From Terriglobia bacterium (GTDB lineage: Bacteria > Acidobacteriota > Terriglobia > JAJPHL01 > JAPKYU01): a DNA stretch of 64,000 nucleotides. The notes under the pieces are model-generated. The model did no database searches. It was not told the DNA's origin and worked only from the letters and a program-made list of their open reading frames with translations. The DNA is taken from the NCBI GenBank assembly GCA_965223005.1, contig CBDCVK010000003.1:32001-96000 (forward strand), read 5' to 3'. The position numbers and the translations under genes were made by a program. Positions 8,528-18,547 of this stretch are shown here, in pieces (position 1 is the first letter of the stretch; each line of letters begins with the position of its first letter).

Positions 8528-10756
8528 ATGAAGATGCTCAGGACAGCGGTGCGACTTCTGACGGCTGCGGACCGGCCCGCCTTGCTGGGGGCTGCAGCGG
8601 TGGTGATTTACGCGGCAATGGCTGGCTTCCGCACCATCTCCAGCCACGATCTGTTCTGGCAGCTTCGCGACGCGCGGTATCTGGTGGAAACCGGCAACAT
8701 TGTCCGCCGCGACGTCTTCTCCTACACCGCCACGGGACAGCCCTGGATGTACCCGCAGGGGGCGGGTTTGCTTTTCTACGGCCTTTACTGCCTGGGAGGC
8801 TATGTCGCGGTTTCGCTGCTTGGCCTTGTCACCTGCGCGGCTACGACCGCGACACTGCTGGCTGTTCGCCCCGGGGTGCTGGCGGCTGCGTTGGTGGGTC
8901 TCGCTGTTCCCCAGATTGCCATGCGCACGGTCGCTTGGGCGGAAATGTTCACCATTCTTTTTTTTGCGCTTTTCCTCGTCCTGTTGTTCCGTGGAGTGGC
9001 AGAGAAATACCTGTGGCTGTTGCCCCTGCTCATGGCGGTCTGGGTCAATCTACACCCTGGCTTTCTCGCCGGCTTCGGACTAATAGCGTTGTTTCTAGTG
9101 GGGGCATGGCTGACTGGCGCCCCGGCGCGAAAGCTGGCATACATCGGCGTCTTGTGCCTTTTAGCCACTTTCCTGAACCCATTTGGTCCCGGGATCTGGC
9201 AGATTCCTTGGCGACAGGCGCAGGGACATTGGCTGTATCAAAGGATGGTCATTCATTGGTGGCCTTCGTCGTGGAGCTGGTGGCGGCTTGAGGAGCTGTT
9301 GCAATGGCGGGACCCGAGTGGGGCCTACTGGGTGCTTCTCTTCGTAGGTTTCGTGGCTGCTTGCTTAGGGCTATGGAAAAAAAGGTGGGATTTAGTGGTC
9401 TTGCTTGCGGGAGTTGCCGCAACCTCTCTTTATTCACAGCGCTTTCAGGTGTTGCTGGCGGTGACGGTGGCTGCTTGCGTGCCCGGACTGGCCGCAGGTC
9501 CCCAGATTCGCCGCGGCTTGCGGTGGGCTGCGGTCGCAACGTTGATCTTTCTTGTCACGGTACGCGTCTCCGACTTGGCCAGCAATCGCCATTACTTTAG
9601 CCGCGGAACCCAAGCCACCTTCGGCGCTGGGCTCTCCTACGTGTTCCCGCAGCGGGCAGCAGAGTTTGTACTGAGAGAGCGACTCCCGGGCCGCCTGCTG
9701 CACGATCTGCCTTCAGGAGACTACCTGAGCTGGAAGCTGGGCCCCGGCTACCCCATCTTCATTGACGGACGTACCGTTCCTTTCGGCACCGAACTGGTGC
9801 GAGAACATGCAGGCGCTCTGCGGCTCCCGCCAGATTCGCCGGAATGGCAAGCGTTCGCCGACCGCTGGGGCATCCAGACGGTGTTCCTGGGCATCGGATG
9901 GAACCGCGAGCCGCTTCGCAGGTTCTGTGAGACTCCCAACGTCCATCTGGTTTATCTGGATGCGGTTTCGGCTGTCTTCTTGCGCGACGGACCTGCCACC
10001 CGGCCCTGGACCGAAAGGCTGGGGAAGAGTTGCAACCAGGTGATCCTTCCGGCTCCACTCCCTGGCGATCCGGCATATGTTTTCCACCGACAGGCGGCGA
10101 GGCTCTATTTTGAACTGGGTCGCCATACGGAAGCCTGGTCGGCGGTCGAGCAGGCACGAAGAGATTTCGCGGGGGATCCCGAGCTGTTTGTTCAGGCGGG
10201 ATTGATTCTGGCGGCGTTAGGGAAACCAGCAGAGGCCCGGCGCGAGCTGCTAGCGGGCACCGCCTTGCCGGGAAGCAGCCGCGTCTGGTTTATCCTTGGG
10301 CTCCTCGAACGGGAAGCGGGGCGACACAAGGAAGCTATCCGGGCCCTGGAGCGGGCCACGCGGACGGGCGCCCTCCCCCACGAGGCCTACCGCTTGATCG
10401 CGGAAAGCCGGCTGGCGCTCGGGCAGCCGCGGCAGGCGCTCGTTTGGTTTGAGCGCGCTTTGCGGTCCCGTCAGGCGGAGGCCGCTCGCTACATTCTCGG
10501 GGCGGCTTTCGTGGCGTCGGTCCACGTGGGAGAGGCTCGGGCGAAATTTGCGCTCGGAGACGCTACCGGAACGGAGGGTTCGCTGCGGGCTGCCGTGGAG
10601 GCTTTCCCGAGCAATGCACAGTTGCACCTGATGCTGGCGGAGTTTTATGCCGGGCAGGGACAAACAGCGCAGGCGCTGGCAGCGCTGCAGCAAGCGCAGT
10701 CACTGGGCGCTTCCGGGCCTATGTTAGAGGTCCTTCAGAATCGTTTGCACCAGTGA
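8528..10756 (+). CDS. GT-C-like multi-pass membrane protein with C-terminal TPR repeats
   Basis: HDLFWQL, DVFSYT..GQPW, WVNLHPGF, IFIDGR, then TPR-like helices. Confidence 0.75.
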   Translation: MKMLRTAVRLLTAADRPALLGAAAVVIYAAMAGFRTISSHDLFWQLRDARYLVETGNIVRRDVFSYTATGQPWMYPQGAGLLFYGLYCLGGYVAVSLLGLVTCAATTATLLAVRPGVLAAALVGLAVPQIAMRTVAWAEMFTILFFALFLVLLFRGVAEKYLWLLPLLMAVWVNLHPGFLAGFGLIALFLVGAWLTGAPARKLAYIGVLCLLATFLNPFGPGIWQIPWRQAQGHWLYQRMVIHWWPSSWSWWRLEELLQWRDPSGAYWVLLFVGFVAACLGLWKKRWDLVVLLAGVAATSLYSQRFQVLLAVTVAACVPGLAAGPQIRRGLRWAAVATLIFLVTVRVSDLASNRHYFSRGTQATFGAGLSYVFPQRAAEFVLRERLPGRLLHDLPSGDYLSWKLGPGYPIFIDGRTVPFGTELVREHAGALRLPPDSPEWQAFADRWGIQTVFLGIGWNREPLRRFCETPNVHLVYLDAVSAVFLRDGPATRPWTERLGKSCNQVILPAPLPGDPAYVFHRQAARLYFELGRHTEAWSAVEQARRDFAGDPELFVQAGLILAALGKPAEARRELLAGTALPGSSRVWFILGLLEREAGRHKEAIRALERATRTGALPHEAYRLIAESRLALGQPRQALVWFERALRSRQAEAARYILGAAFVASVHVGEARAKFALGDATGTEGSLRAAVEAFPSNAQLHLMLAEFYAGQGQTAQALAALQQAQSLGASGPMLEVLQNRLHQ

Positions 10757-10805
10757 CCAAGCAGTTCGGAGGGCCCCAGGCCCCTCAGTCGGCCGGACCA
10801 TCCCC

Positions 10806-10835
10806 GGTAACCTGTGACTTCCGGCGCACGTCTAT
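10806..10835 (+). promoter_or_regulatory. ECF sigma factor-type promoter
   Basis: GGTAAC-N17-CGTCTAT (AAC...CGT) about 30 nt upstream of ATG 10866. Confidence 0.5.
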
Positions 10836-10865
10836 CACTATGTAGGGGCGGTAAAGGGCCGAGTC

Positions 10866-11615
10866 ATGGGAGTAAGAACACCGGGGAGAAAAACCCCACC
10901 CTACGGGGCCAGTCGTAGCCAGAACCCTCCAGATCCCGTCAAGGGAACAACTTCCGACCCGTATCTGAGTAAGGGACCGGCAAGCGGTGAGCGAGCGAAA
11001 TCGCCTGCCTTCCGAAGGCCAGGGCTAGTACCCATCAAGACGGCACCTGGCGCGGTAGATGAGCAAGCTGCGATTGCCGCCGGCAGGCGGCTGCTTCGCA
11101 AAAACCTGCTGGCAGCCGGCGGCACCGGAGCCGTGCTGCTGGCCAGCGGCCTGTTCGCTTGGGGACACTGGCCGCTCGGCCTGTTGCTGGGCATCCTGTA
11201 CTCAAACGCCTTTGAATACCTCTACCACCGGTTCCTTCTCCACAGCGAGTCCGGACGCTTCAGCGAGCGGCACCAACACCACCACGATGCGTTCGGGCAA
11301 CCAGACGAGGCCCTGCACATCACCTTCGGTGACTCGCCCAAGGCTGTAGGCCTGCTGATCATGGTCAACAGCTTACCGTTTGCTCTGCTAGATAGATTGG
11401 GAGTGGGCATCGGCGCCGGCGTGGTGGTCGGCTTTGTTGCCTACTATGCGCTTTACGAGGAGATTCACTGGCGCATGCATCTGGGCGGTCTGCCCCGGCG
11501 ACTGGAGTGGATGAGAAGGCACCACCTCGCCCATCACAAGGGCAGCCCGCGCTGCTACAACGTCTTCTTGCCAATCTTCGACACCCTTCTCGGTTGGACC
11601 GACCGCACTGCGTAG
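10866..11615 (+). CDS. Fatty acid hydroxylase / sterol desaturase family di-metal membrane enzyme
   Basis: His boxes YHRFLLH, RHQHHH, EEIHWRMH, RRHHLAHH; YNVFLPIFD.LLG. Confidence 0.85.
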   Translation: MGVRTPGRKTPPYGASRSQNPPDPVKGTTSDPYLSKGPASGERAKSPAFRRPGLVPIKTAPGAVDEQAAIAAGRRLLRKNLLAAGGTGAVLLASGLFAWGHWPLGLLLGILYSNAFEYLYHRFLLHSESGRFSERHQHHHDAFGQPDEALHITFGDSPKAVGLLIMVNSLPFALLDRLGVGIGAGVVVGFVAYYALYEEIHWRMHLGGLPRRLEWMRRHHLAHHKGSPRCYNVFLPIFDTLLGWTDRTA

Positions 11616-11720
11616 TCTCGCTCCACCGCAGAAAGCGGAACAGCTGAACCAGCCACAAGACAGTTTGCAAGGTGGAAATTCACTGCTGGTCGCGGGCGCG
11701 CCTCCACGTTCCTGTGCGCC

Positions 11721-14282
11721 TCAGGCGGCGGCTTCCTTAAAACTGCACTCTTCGTTCGGACAGACTTTCATCGTGCCCCGCGCCTTGGTGGTCTTTTCCA
11801 GCAGGTAGTTTGAACCGCACTGCGGGCAGCGCTCCGACAGCGGACGGTTCCAGGTGACGAAGTCGCAGTCGGGGTAGCGGGAGCACCCGTAGAAGATCTT
11901 GCCGCGTTTGGAGCGTCGCTCGACCACTTCACCGCCGCAGCCGGTTTTCGGACAGGCGACGCCTACGGTCTTCGGCTTCACGTACTTGCAGGCGGGATAC
12001 TTGCTGCACGCCGTGAACTCGCCGTAGCGACCGTGCCGCAGCACCATCTGTGAGCTGCAGCGCGGGCAATTCTCCTCCAGCGGTATGTCCGGCTTCTTCT
12101 CCGCCTGACCAATTTGGCGCGTCGTTTTGCAATCTGGGTAGCCGGTGCAAGCTAGGAACTGGCCAAAGCGTCCGCGTTTGAGAGTCATCGGACGCCCGCA
12201 GTTGCCGCAGTGGCCGTACTGGTCGGCCTCGGCCTCGGGAGTCTCGGCCGTCTCTGGGTCGGACAACTCCGGTGCCAGCTCGCGTGTCGAGGTGCACTCG
12301 GGATAGCCGGTGCAAGCAATGAAGCGACCATGCCGGCCCCATCGGATGATCATCGGCTTGCCGCACAGTTCACAGATCAGGTCTGTGGGCTGCTCCAGGC
12401 GCTTCAAGTCCTTCATGTCACGCTGGGCGCGCTCCAGATCCTTTTCGAACTTTCCGTAAAAGCCGCGCAGCGCCTCCTGCCAGGCCAGTTTGCCCTCCTC
12501 GATCTCGTCCAGCTCCTCTTCCATCCGCGCGGTATAGTGCAGATCAAAGATGTCGCCGAAGTGCTCCACCAGCAGGTCGCTCACCACCATGCCTACTTCG
12601 GTGGGAAAAAACTTGTTCTGCCGCTTCTCGACGTACTCCCGGTCCTGGATCGTGCTGAGGATGTTGGCGTAGGTGGAAGGCCGACCGATGCCCTTCTCCT
12701 CCAGTTCCTTAACCAGGGTGGCCTCGTTGTAGCGTGGTGGCGGCTCGGTAAAGTGCTGCTCCGGGGTGATCTTCAGTGCCTTCAGCACCTCCCCTTGGCT
12801 GACCAGCGGCAGCTTGTGTTTCATCTCCTCGTCTTCCTCGTCCTTAACGTCCTTGCCTTCCTGGTAGACCTTGAGGAAGCCGTCGAACTTGAGCACCGAC
12901 CCGGTGGCGCGGAACAGGAAATCGCCGGTGCGCACGTCAATCCCCGTATGGTCAAACACTGCGGGGTTCATCTGCGAGGCAACGAGGCGCTGCCAGATCA
13001 GCCGGTAGAGCTTCAGCTCATCTTCACCAAGGTACTTGGCGATCAGATCTGGGGTGCGCAGTACTGATGTGGGCCGAATGGCTTCGTGCGCGTCCTGCGC
13101 GCCCTTCTTGCTCTTGTACACCACCGGCGCGGCTGGCAGGTAGGCGGCGCCGTACTCCGTCCGCGCGAACTCGCGCGCCTCAGCTAGCGCGTCGGCCCCT
13201 ACCCGGGTCGAGTCCGTCCGCATGTAGGTGATCAGCCCGACGCTGCCCTCCGGCCCCAGCTCCATGCCTTCGTAGAGACGCTGGGCCAGCATCATGGTGC
13301 GCTTGGCGCTGAAGCGCAGCTTGCGCGACGCCTCCTGCTGCAGCTTGGAGGTGATGAAGGGGGCAACCGGGTGGCGGCGCTTCTCGCGCTGGCTCACCGA
13401 GTGGACGACAAACGGCTCGGCGCGCAGCGACTCCTCCAACGCTTGCGACTGCTCCTGGTTGGGGATTTCCAAGTCGGCAAGTTGTAACCGACCGTCTTCG
13501 CCGACCCCGGTGATCCGTTTGACCAGCCGGGCATCGAACACCGGAGGGGTCTTGGCCTGGAGGTGCGCGTCAATCGTCCAGTATTCCCTTTTCTGGAAGG
13601 CGCGAATTTCGCGCTCGCGCTCCACAACCAGCCGCAGGGCCACCGACTGCACCCGCCCGGCCGAGAGTCCTCGACGCACCCTGTCCCAGAGCAGAGGGCT
13701 GATCTGGTATCCGACCAGGCGGTCCAGAATCCGGCGGGCCTGCTGCGCCGCCACCAGGTGCTCGTCAATCTGAGTAGGATTGCGGAAGGCCTGCTCGATT
13801 CCCTTTTGTGTAATCTCGTTAAACAGCACCCGGTGGACAGGCTTGTGGTTTCCCAGTTCCTCGGCCAAGTGCTCGCAGATCGCTTCCCCTTCGCGGTCCG
13901 GGTCGGCCGCCAGGTAAATCGCCGAAGCCTGCCGGGCCGCCTGTTTCAATTCCTGGACCACCTTTTGCTTGGTGGGTATCACCTCGTAGACCGGTTCGAA
14001 GTCCTTCTCCAAGTTGACGCCCAGAGTTTTCTTAGGCAAGTCCTTGATGTGGCCCAGCGAAGCTTTCACCAGAAATTTGGGACCCAGATACTTGTTGATG
14101 GTCCTGGCCTTGGCGGGCGATTCCACCACTACCAGCGATTTGCCCGAGGCGCGAGCGGCAACGCGCGGTTCTTCAGTTTTCCTTTCGCCTGTGCCCTTAG
14201 CCGCCCGCGCTGTCTTGGCTGTCTTTGTGGCCTTGGTCGAGCGCGTCGTCTTGGCTTTTTTCGTGACCTTTTTCTTCGCCAT
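11721..14282 (-). CDS. topA: DNA topoisomerase I
   Basis: VVESPAKA TOPRIM, DPDREGEAI, SAGRVQS, ITYMRTDS catalytic Tyr, GIGRPST, multiple C-terminal Zn ribbons; start trimmed to ATG 14282. Confidence 0.97.
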   Translation of the reverse strand: MAKKKVTKKAKTTRSTKATKTAKTARAAKGTGERKTEEPRVAARASGKSLVVVESPAKARTINKYLGPKFLVKASLGHIKDLPKKTLGVNLEKDFEPVYEVIPTKQKVVQELKQAARQASAIYLAADPDREGEAICEHLAEELGNHKPVHRVLFNEITQKGIEQAFRNPTQIDEHLVAAQQARRILDRLVGYQISPLLWDRVRRGLSAGRVQSVALRLVVEREREIRAFQKREYWTIDAHLQAKTPPVFDARLVKRITGVGEDGRLQLADLEIPNQEQSQALEESLRAEPFVVHSVSQREKRRHPVAPFITSKLQQEASRKLRFSAKRTMMLAQRLYEGMELGPEGSVGLITYMRTDSTRVGADALAEAREFARTEYGAAYLPAAPVVYKSKKGAQDAHEAIRPTSVLRTPDLIAKYLGEDELKLYRLIWQRLVASQMNPAVFDHTGIDVRTGDFLFRATGSVLKFDGFLKVYQEGKDVKDEEDEEMKHKLPLVSQGEVLKALKITPEQHFTEPPPRYNEATLVKELEEKGIGRPSTYANILSTIQDREYVEKRQNKFFPTEVGMVVSDLLVEHFGDIFDLHYTARMEEELDEIEEGKLAWQEALRGFYGKFEKDLERAQRDMKDLKRLEQPTDLICELCGKPMIIRWGRHGRFIACTGYPECTSTRELAPELSDPETAETPEAEADQYGHCGNCGRPMTLKRGRFGQFLACTGYPDCKTTRQIGQAEKKPDIPLEENCPRCSSQMVLRHGRYGEFTACSKYPACKYVKPKTVGVACPKTGCGGEVVERRSKRGKIFYGCSRYPDCDFVTWNRPLSERCPQCGSNYLLEKTTKARGTMKVCPNEECSFKEAAA

Positions 14283-14289
14283 CTGTTTC

Positions 14290-15459
14290 CTATAACAACT
14301 TAACAAAATTCTTTCCCGGCAACTGCCGAATGCGCCCTTTCAGCTCTAATTCAAGAAGCGACGCTAAGATTTCCGGAGACGTAAAGCGGGGCATGGCATC
14401 GAGCAGAGCGTCAATGTGTGCTGACTCGTCCACGCGGAGCACTTCGTAGAGCGCCTGCTCGATCTCCGACAGCGACTCAGTGAATAAAGACGCGGCAGGG
14501 GCCTCCCCGGATTCAGAAACTGGGGCGGCCAGCAGGCTCTGGCGGGCCTTAGCCGGCAGCTCCTCAATGACGTCCTTCCAGTCCTGCACCAACTTGGCGC
14601 CCTGTTTGATGAGGGTATTGGGTCCCCAACTGTACTTGGTGGTGATGTTGCCCGGCACGGCGAACACCTCGCGATTCTGCTCCATGGCCAGTCGCGCGGT
14701 GATCAGCGAGCCGCTGTATTGCGCCGCCTCCACCACCATCACTCCCAGCGAAAGGCCGCTGATGATGCGGTTGCGGATGGGGAAGTTCTGGGGCGCAGCA
14801 AACGTGCCCAGGGGGAATTCGCTGATCACCACTCCTTTTTGCTCGATTTCCGCCTTCAATTTCTTATTTTCTCTGGGATAGCAGACGTCCATGCCACAGC
14901 CTAGCACGGCAATCGTTTTACCGTTGGCCGACAGCGCGCCCCGGTGTGCCGCACTGTCAATGCCGCGGGCCATCCCGCTGGCAATCGCCAGGCCGCGCCC
15001 TGCCAAGTCGGCGGCCAGCCGCTCGGCGACGGCGCTACCGTAGGGCGTCGGCTTGCGCGAACCCACAATAGCCAGACATAGCTGGGACAGCAGTGTGACA
15101 TCGCCCTGCGCGTACAACAGCACCGGCGGTTCGAAAATCTCTTTGAGGGCTGGCGGGTATCGCGGGTCCAGGAAGGTAACCAATTCGTAACCTAGTTGCG
15201 CTACCTTCGCCGCTTCTTTCGCCGCCGCCTCAAAAGCTGCGCCGCTGCCCAGGTTCTGCGCCACGAGCGGCGGAATCCCCCGCGCCTGGAGTTCCGTCGG
15301 TGAGGTGCGGAAAATCTCCCGCGGATGACCGAACGCTTCCACCAGCCGCGCCGCCAGGCGCGTGCCCACGCCTGGCGCCAGCTTCAGTGCCAGCCAGTAG
15401 AGCGCCTCTTCGTCAGATCGCACGACCGCTGCTGACTTTTCAGACACAGCCCTTCCCAC
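14290..15459 (-). CDS. dprA: DNA-processing protein DprA
   Basis: AIVGSR, SGMARGIDSAAH, FPIRNRIISGLS, SGSLITA; adjacent to topA. Confidence 0.95.
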   Translation of the reverse strand: MGRAVSEKSAAVVRSDEEALYWLALKLAPGVGTRLAARLVEAFGHPREIFRTSPTELQARGIPPLVAQNLGSGAAFEAAAKEAAKVAQLGYELVTFLDPRYPPALKEIFEPPVLLYAQGDVTLLSQLCLAIVGSRKPTPYGSAVAERLAADLAGRGLAIASGMARGIDSAAHRGALSANGKTIAVLGCGMDVCYPRENKKLKAEIEQKGVVISEFPLGTFAAPQNFPIRNRIISGLSLGVMVVEAAQYSGSLITARLAMEQNREVFAVPGNITTKYSWGPNTLIKQGAKLVQDWKDVIEELPAKARQSLLAAPVSESGEAPAASLFTESLSEIEQALYEVLRVDESAHIDALLDAMPRFTSPEILASLLELELKGRIRQLPGKNFVKLL

Positions 15460-15592
15460 TCGCTTCGTACGCGCAGCGCTTCGTTCGGTTTCCTGTCTTC
15501 TGCGGTTGGTAACTCTACCGTTCGCTGAAAGAGTTTGTCAACTTCACCTCTGTGCCACCCGCCCGCTGTCCGCAAAGTTATTCATCTACTGT

Positions 15593-16891
15593 TTATCTGC
15601 GGCGCTCGATCACGGCGGCGAAGAAGCCGTCCAGGTTCTGATCGGGGAAGGTTTCGAGATACTGGCCGCGGAGCAAATCTCGCCCGGTCTCGGTGAGGAA
15701 CTCTGAGGCGCGCTCTGCAATCTGCTCTACCGGCACCAAGAAAAAACCTGAGCGGTCTGCCAGCACTTGCTCGACTACGGCCTGATTTTCTTCCGGCTCT
15801 AGCGAACAGGTGGAGTAGACGAGACGGCCGCCCGGCGCCAGCCAGCTCAGTGCGTTGTCGAGCAACAAGCGTTGCTTGGCCGCCAGCACCTTCAGGTCGC
15901 TTTCCGTAAGACGCCATTTGATCTCCGGATTGCGCCGAATGGTCCCGGTGCCCGAGCAGGGCGCATCCAGCAGAATTCTGTGGAAGGCCACACCGAAGGG
16001 CAATGGGCGTGTGGCATCCAATGCCACACACAACGGCGCATGCCCGCGGCCGGTGCCGGCCAGCTTCTTCACCAGGCGCAGGCGCGCAGGACGCAGGTCG
16101 CAGGCTACCAGTTCTGCCTGCGGAGCCAGTTCCGCTAGCGCCCCCGTTTTCATGCCTGGCGCGGCGCACAGATCCAGCACACGGTCGCCGTCTTGCGGCG
16201 CCATCAGGTGCGGAATGATTTGTGAAGCTTCCTCCTGCACAGGAAAGCGACTCGCAACCCGCTTGACCTCCCCCGTGACGTCCCGGCAGTTGCGAACATA
16301 GCGGCAGGGCTGGCCCACTTTGATGCTTCGGCCTGGGGGAACCCGGATGAACACTGGTGGCGGGTGGTTATTGGCGCGCGCGATGGCTCGCGCTCGCCGC
16401 GGCCCATAATTCCGCGCCCAGCGTTCCAGAAGCCAGCCCGGGTGGGAGAGCTCGATCTGCTGCTTTGCGGATTCCGGCATGTCGGCCGGAAACAGCGATT
16501 CCAGCGGTGCGCGGGCAACCTGCCGCAGCACCGCATTCACCAGCCCAGAGGCCGAGCCTTTGCGGACGCGTTTCACCAGCTCGACGCTTTGTTCCACTGC
16601 GGCCGACGCCGGTATCCGTTCGAGGAAGCGCAACTGGTATATGCCCAGGCGCATCGCGATGCGCACCTCGGGGTCCCAGCGATCTGGCACTTTGCCCGAG
16701 AAATGGGCGGCCAGCCAATCGAGCTGGCCCTGCCAGCGCAGGCAGCCCATGACGAGTTCCTGAGCCAGCCCCCGGTCGGCAGCTGAGAGCTTTTCCGTCC
16801 GCCACGAGTTGAGCAGCTCGGCCGCGTAGCTTTGCTCGCACTCAACGCGAAGAAGAATCTGGAAAGCGACGTGGCGCGCTGGGGTCAGCAT
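15593..16891 (-). CDS. rsmB: 16S rRNA m5C967 methyltransferase RsmB/Sun
   Basis: NusB-like N-terminus, VLDLCAAPG.KT, LLDAPCSGTG, LVYSTCS; follows fmt. Confidence 0.94.
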   Translation of the reverse strand: MLTPARHVAFQILLRVECEQSYAAELLNSWRTEKLSAADRGLAQELVMGCLRWQGQLDWLAAHFSGKVPDRWDPEVRIAMRLGIYQLRFLERIPASAAVEQSVELVKRVRKGSASGLVNAVLRQVARAPLESLFPADMPESAKQQIELSHPGWLLERWARNYGPRRARAIARANNHPPPVFIRVPPGRSIKVGQPCRYVRNCRDVTGEVKRVASRFPVQEEASQIIPHLMAPQDGDRVLDLCAAPGMKTGALAELAPQAELVACDLRPARLRLVKKLAGTGRGHAPLCVALDATRPLPFGVAFHRILLDAPCSGTGTIRRNPEIKWRLTESDLKVLAAKQRLLLDNALSWLAPGGRLVYSTCSLEPEENQAVVEQVLADRSGFFLVPVEQIAERASEFLTETGRDLLRGQYLETFPDQNLDGFFAAVIERRR

Positions 16892-16970
16892 GAAATTGAT
16901 TGAGCGATGATGGATCTATTGACGAGTGGGGGTTTAAGAATCGAGTCTCAAGCAGCCAGTCGTCAATGAT

Positions 16971-17912
16971 TCAGTGGTCTAAGCCCAGGCGTTCGCCTGG
17001 GCTTATCCGTACCCCGTTCAAAAAATCGGCGGCAGGCAGACGCTGGCGCCCCTCCCGCTGCACCTCGTCAAGCTCCAGCCAGGTGCTCTGGCCACAGGCG
17101 GCCAGCAGGTGCCTACCTTTCACCCGCAGCGTGCCGGGCGGCAGCGAGGCGTGTGGAGGAGTTGTCACCTCTGGGCACGCTCGCCACAGGTGGAGCAAGC
17201 TGCCGCGGAAGGTGGTGAACGCTCCCGGCCAAGACACCAGACCACGCACACGGTTGGCGATGTCGCGTGCCGGCTGGCTCCAATCAATCCGCCCGTCTTC
17301 CTTCTTTAGAATGGGAGCCGAGGTAGCCAGCGCGTGGTTCTGAGGAAGCGGCGTGAGAGTGTCGCGCTCGAGTCCCTCCAGCGTTTCCAACATCAGCGAC
17401 GCGCCGATCTCCGACAGGCGGTGCCCCAGCGAAATCGCGTCCTCCTCGGGTTCGATGGGTGTCTCCCGGGCCAGCAGGATGTCGCCCGTGTCCAGCCCGG
17501 CATCCATGCGCATGGTGGTGACACCTGACACGGTCTCTCCGCGGATGATGGCCCACTGCACCGGAGCCGCGCCCCGGTACCGGGGCAGCAGCGAGGCATG
17601 CAGGTTGATGCAACCGCGCCGTGGCAAGTCCAGGATGTGCTGAGGAAGGATCTTGCCGTAGCCCACCACCACCACTATTTCCGGCTCCAGCGATTTCAGC
17701 AGGCCGAACACTTCCGGAGTCCGGATCCGGGGCGGCTGGTGCACCGGCAGGGCCAGCGCGGCGCGCTTCACCGGGGGTGCCGTCAGCCGGCCGCCTCGTC
17801 CGGCCGGCTGGTCGGGCTGGGTGAAGACGGCGCGGATACCGTGCCCCGCCTCCTGCAGTACACGCAAGGTGGGGAGCGCGAACTCCGGGGTGCCCATGAA
17901 GACCAAGTTCAT
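16971..17912 (-). CDS. fmt: Methionyl-tRNA formyltransferase
   Basis: FMGTPEFA, TQPD, INLHASLLPRYRGAAP, MDAGLDTGD. Confidence 0.97.
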   Translation of the reverse strand: MNLVFMGTPEFALPTLRVLQEAGHGIRAVFTQPDQPAGRGGRLTAPPVKRAALALPVHQPPRIRTPEVFGLLKSLEPEIVVVVGYGKILPQHILDLPRRGCINLHASLLPRYRGAAPVQWAIIRGETVSGVTTMRMDAGLDTGDILLARETPIEPEEDAISLGHRLSEIGASLMLETLEGLERDTLTPLPQNHALATSAPILKKEDGRIDWSQPARDIANRVRGLVSWPGAFTTFRGSLLHLWRACPEVTTPPHASLPPGTLRVKGRHLLAACGQSTWLELDEVQREGRQRLPAADFLNGVRISPGERLGLDH

Positions 17913-17913
17913 T

Positions 17914-18016
17914 GCCAGGTACGAGATGCCAGGTGCTATGTGTCAGGTACCGGGTTATCAGGTGCCAGTTGTCTTGGAAGCTTGAACCTTAAATCTGGAA
18001 TCTGAAACCTGGTTTC
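17914..18016. repeat. Degenerate heptamer tandem repeats in two opposed tracts
   Basis: gccaggt/gccaggt/gtcaggt/accgggt...gccagtt followed by cttgaac/cttaaat/ctggaat/ctgaaac/ctggttt. Confidence 0.7.
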
Positions 18017-18526
18017 CTACCATTCGCCCGCGCGCATTAATTTGCGCACCTTGCGCTTGATCAGATCGCGGCGGAGGGAGCCAAGGTGCGAAATGAAGAG
18101 GCGGCCGTTCAGGTGGTCGGTTTCATGGCACAAGGCGCGGGCCAGCAGGTCTTCTCCGGTCAACTCGAACCATTCCCCTTTCAGGGTTTGGGCCCTGACC
18201 ACGGCCTTCTTGGGGCGAGTGAGCGCAGCGCGAAAGGTGGGCAGGCTTAGGCATCCCTCCTCCAGGCTGTGCTTGCCCTCCGTGCGCAGGATCGTCGGGT
18301 TGCAGAGCACCAGTTTGGCCTGCCGGTCTTCGCCGGAGGTGAGGTCCACCACAGCGAGGCGCCGCCCGATGCCGATCTGCGGCGCAGCCAGCCCCACGCC
18401 GTGCGCCGCGTACATGGACTCAAACATGTCCTCGGCCAGCTTGGCCAGATCTGCATTGAACTCGGTGACCGGACCCGCAGCACGTTCCAGCACGGGATCA
18501 CCGTATTTCACGATCTTGTAAATCAA
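18017..18526 (-). CDS. def: Peptide deformylase
   Basis: GVGLAAPQIG, EGCLS, HETDHLNG. Confidence 0.97.
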   Translation of the reverse strand: MIYKIVKYGDPVLERAAGPVTEFNADLAKLAEDMFESMYAAHGVGLAAPQIGIGRRLAVVDLTSGEDRQAKLVLCNPTILRTEGKHSLEEGCLSLPTFRAALTRPKKAVVRAQTLKGEWFELTGEDLLARALCHETDHLNGRLFISHLGSLRRDLIKRKVRKLMRAGEW

Positions 18527-18547
18527 CTGATCGCTCCGAACCGTGAT

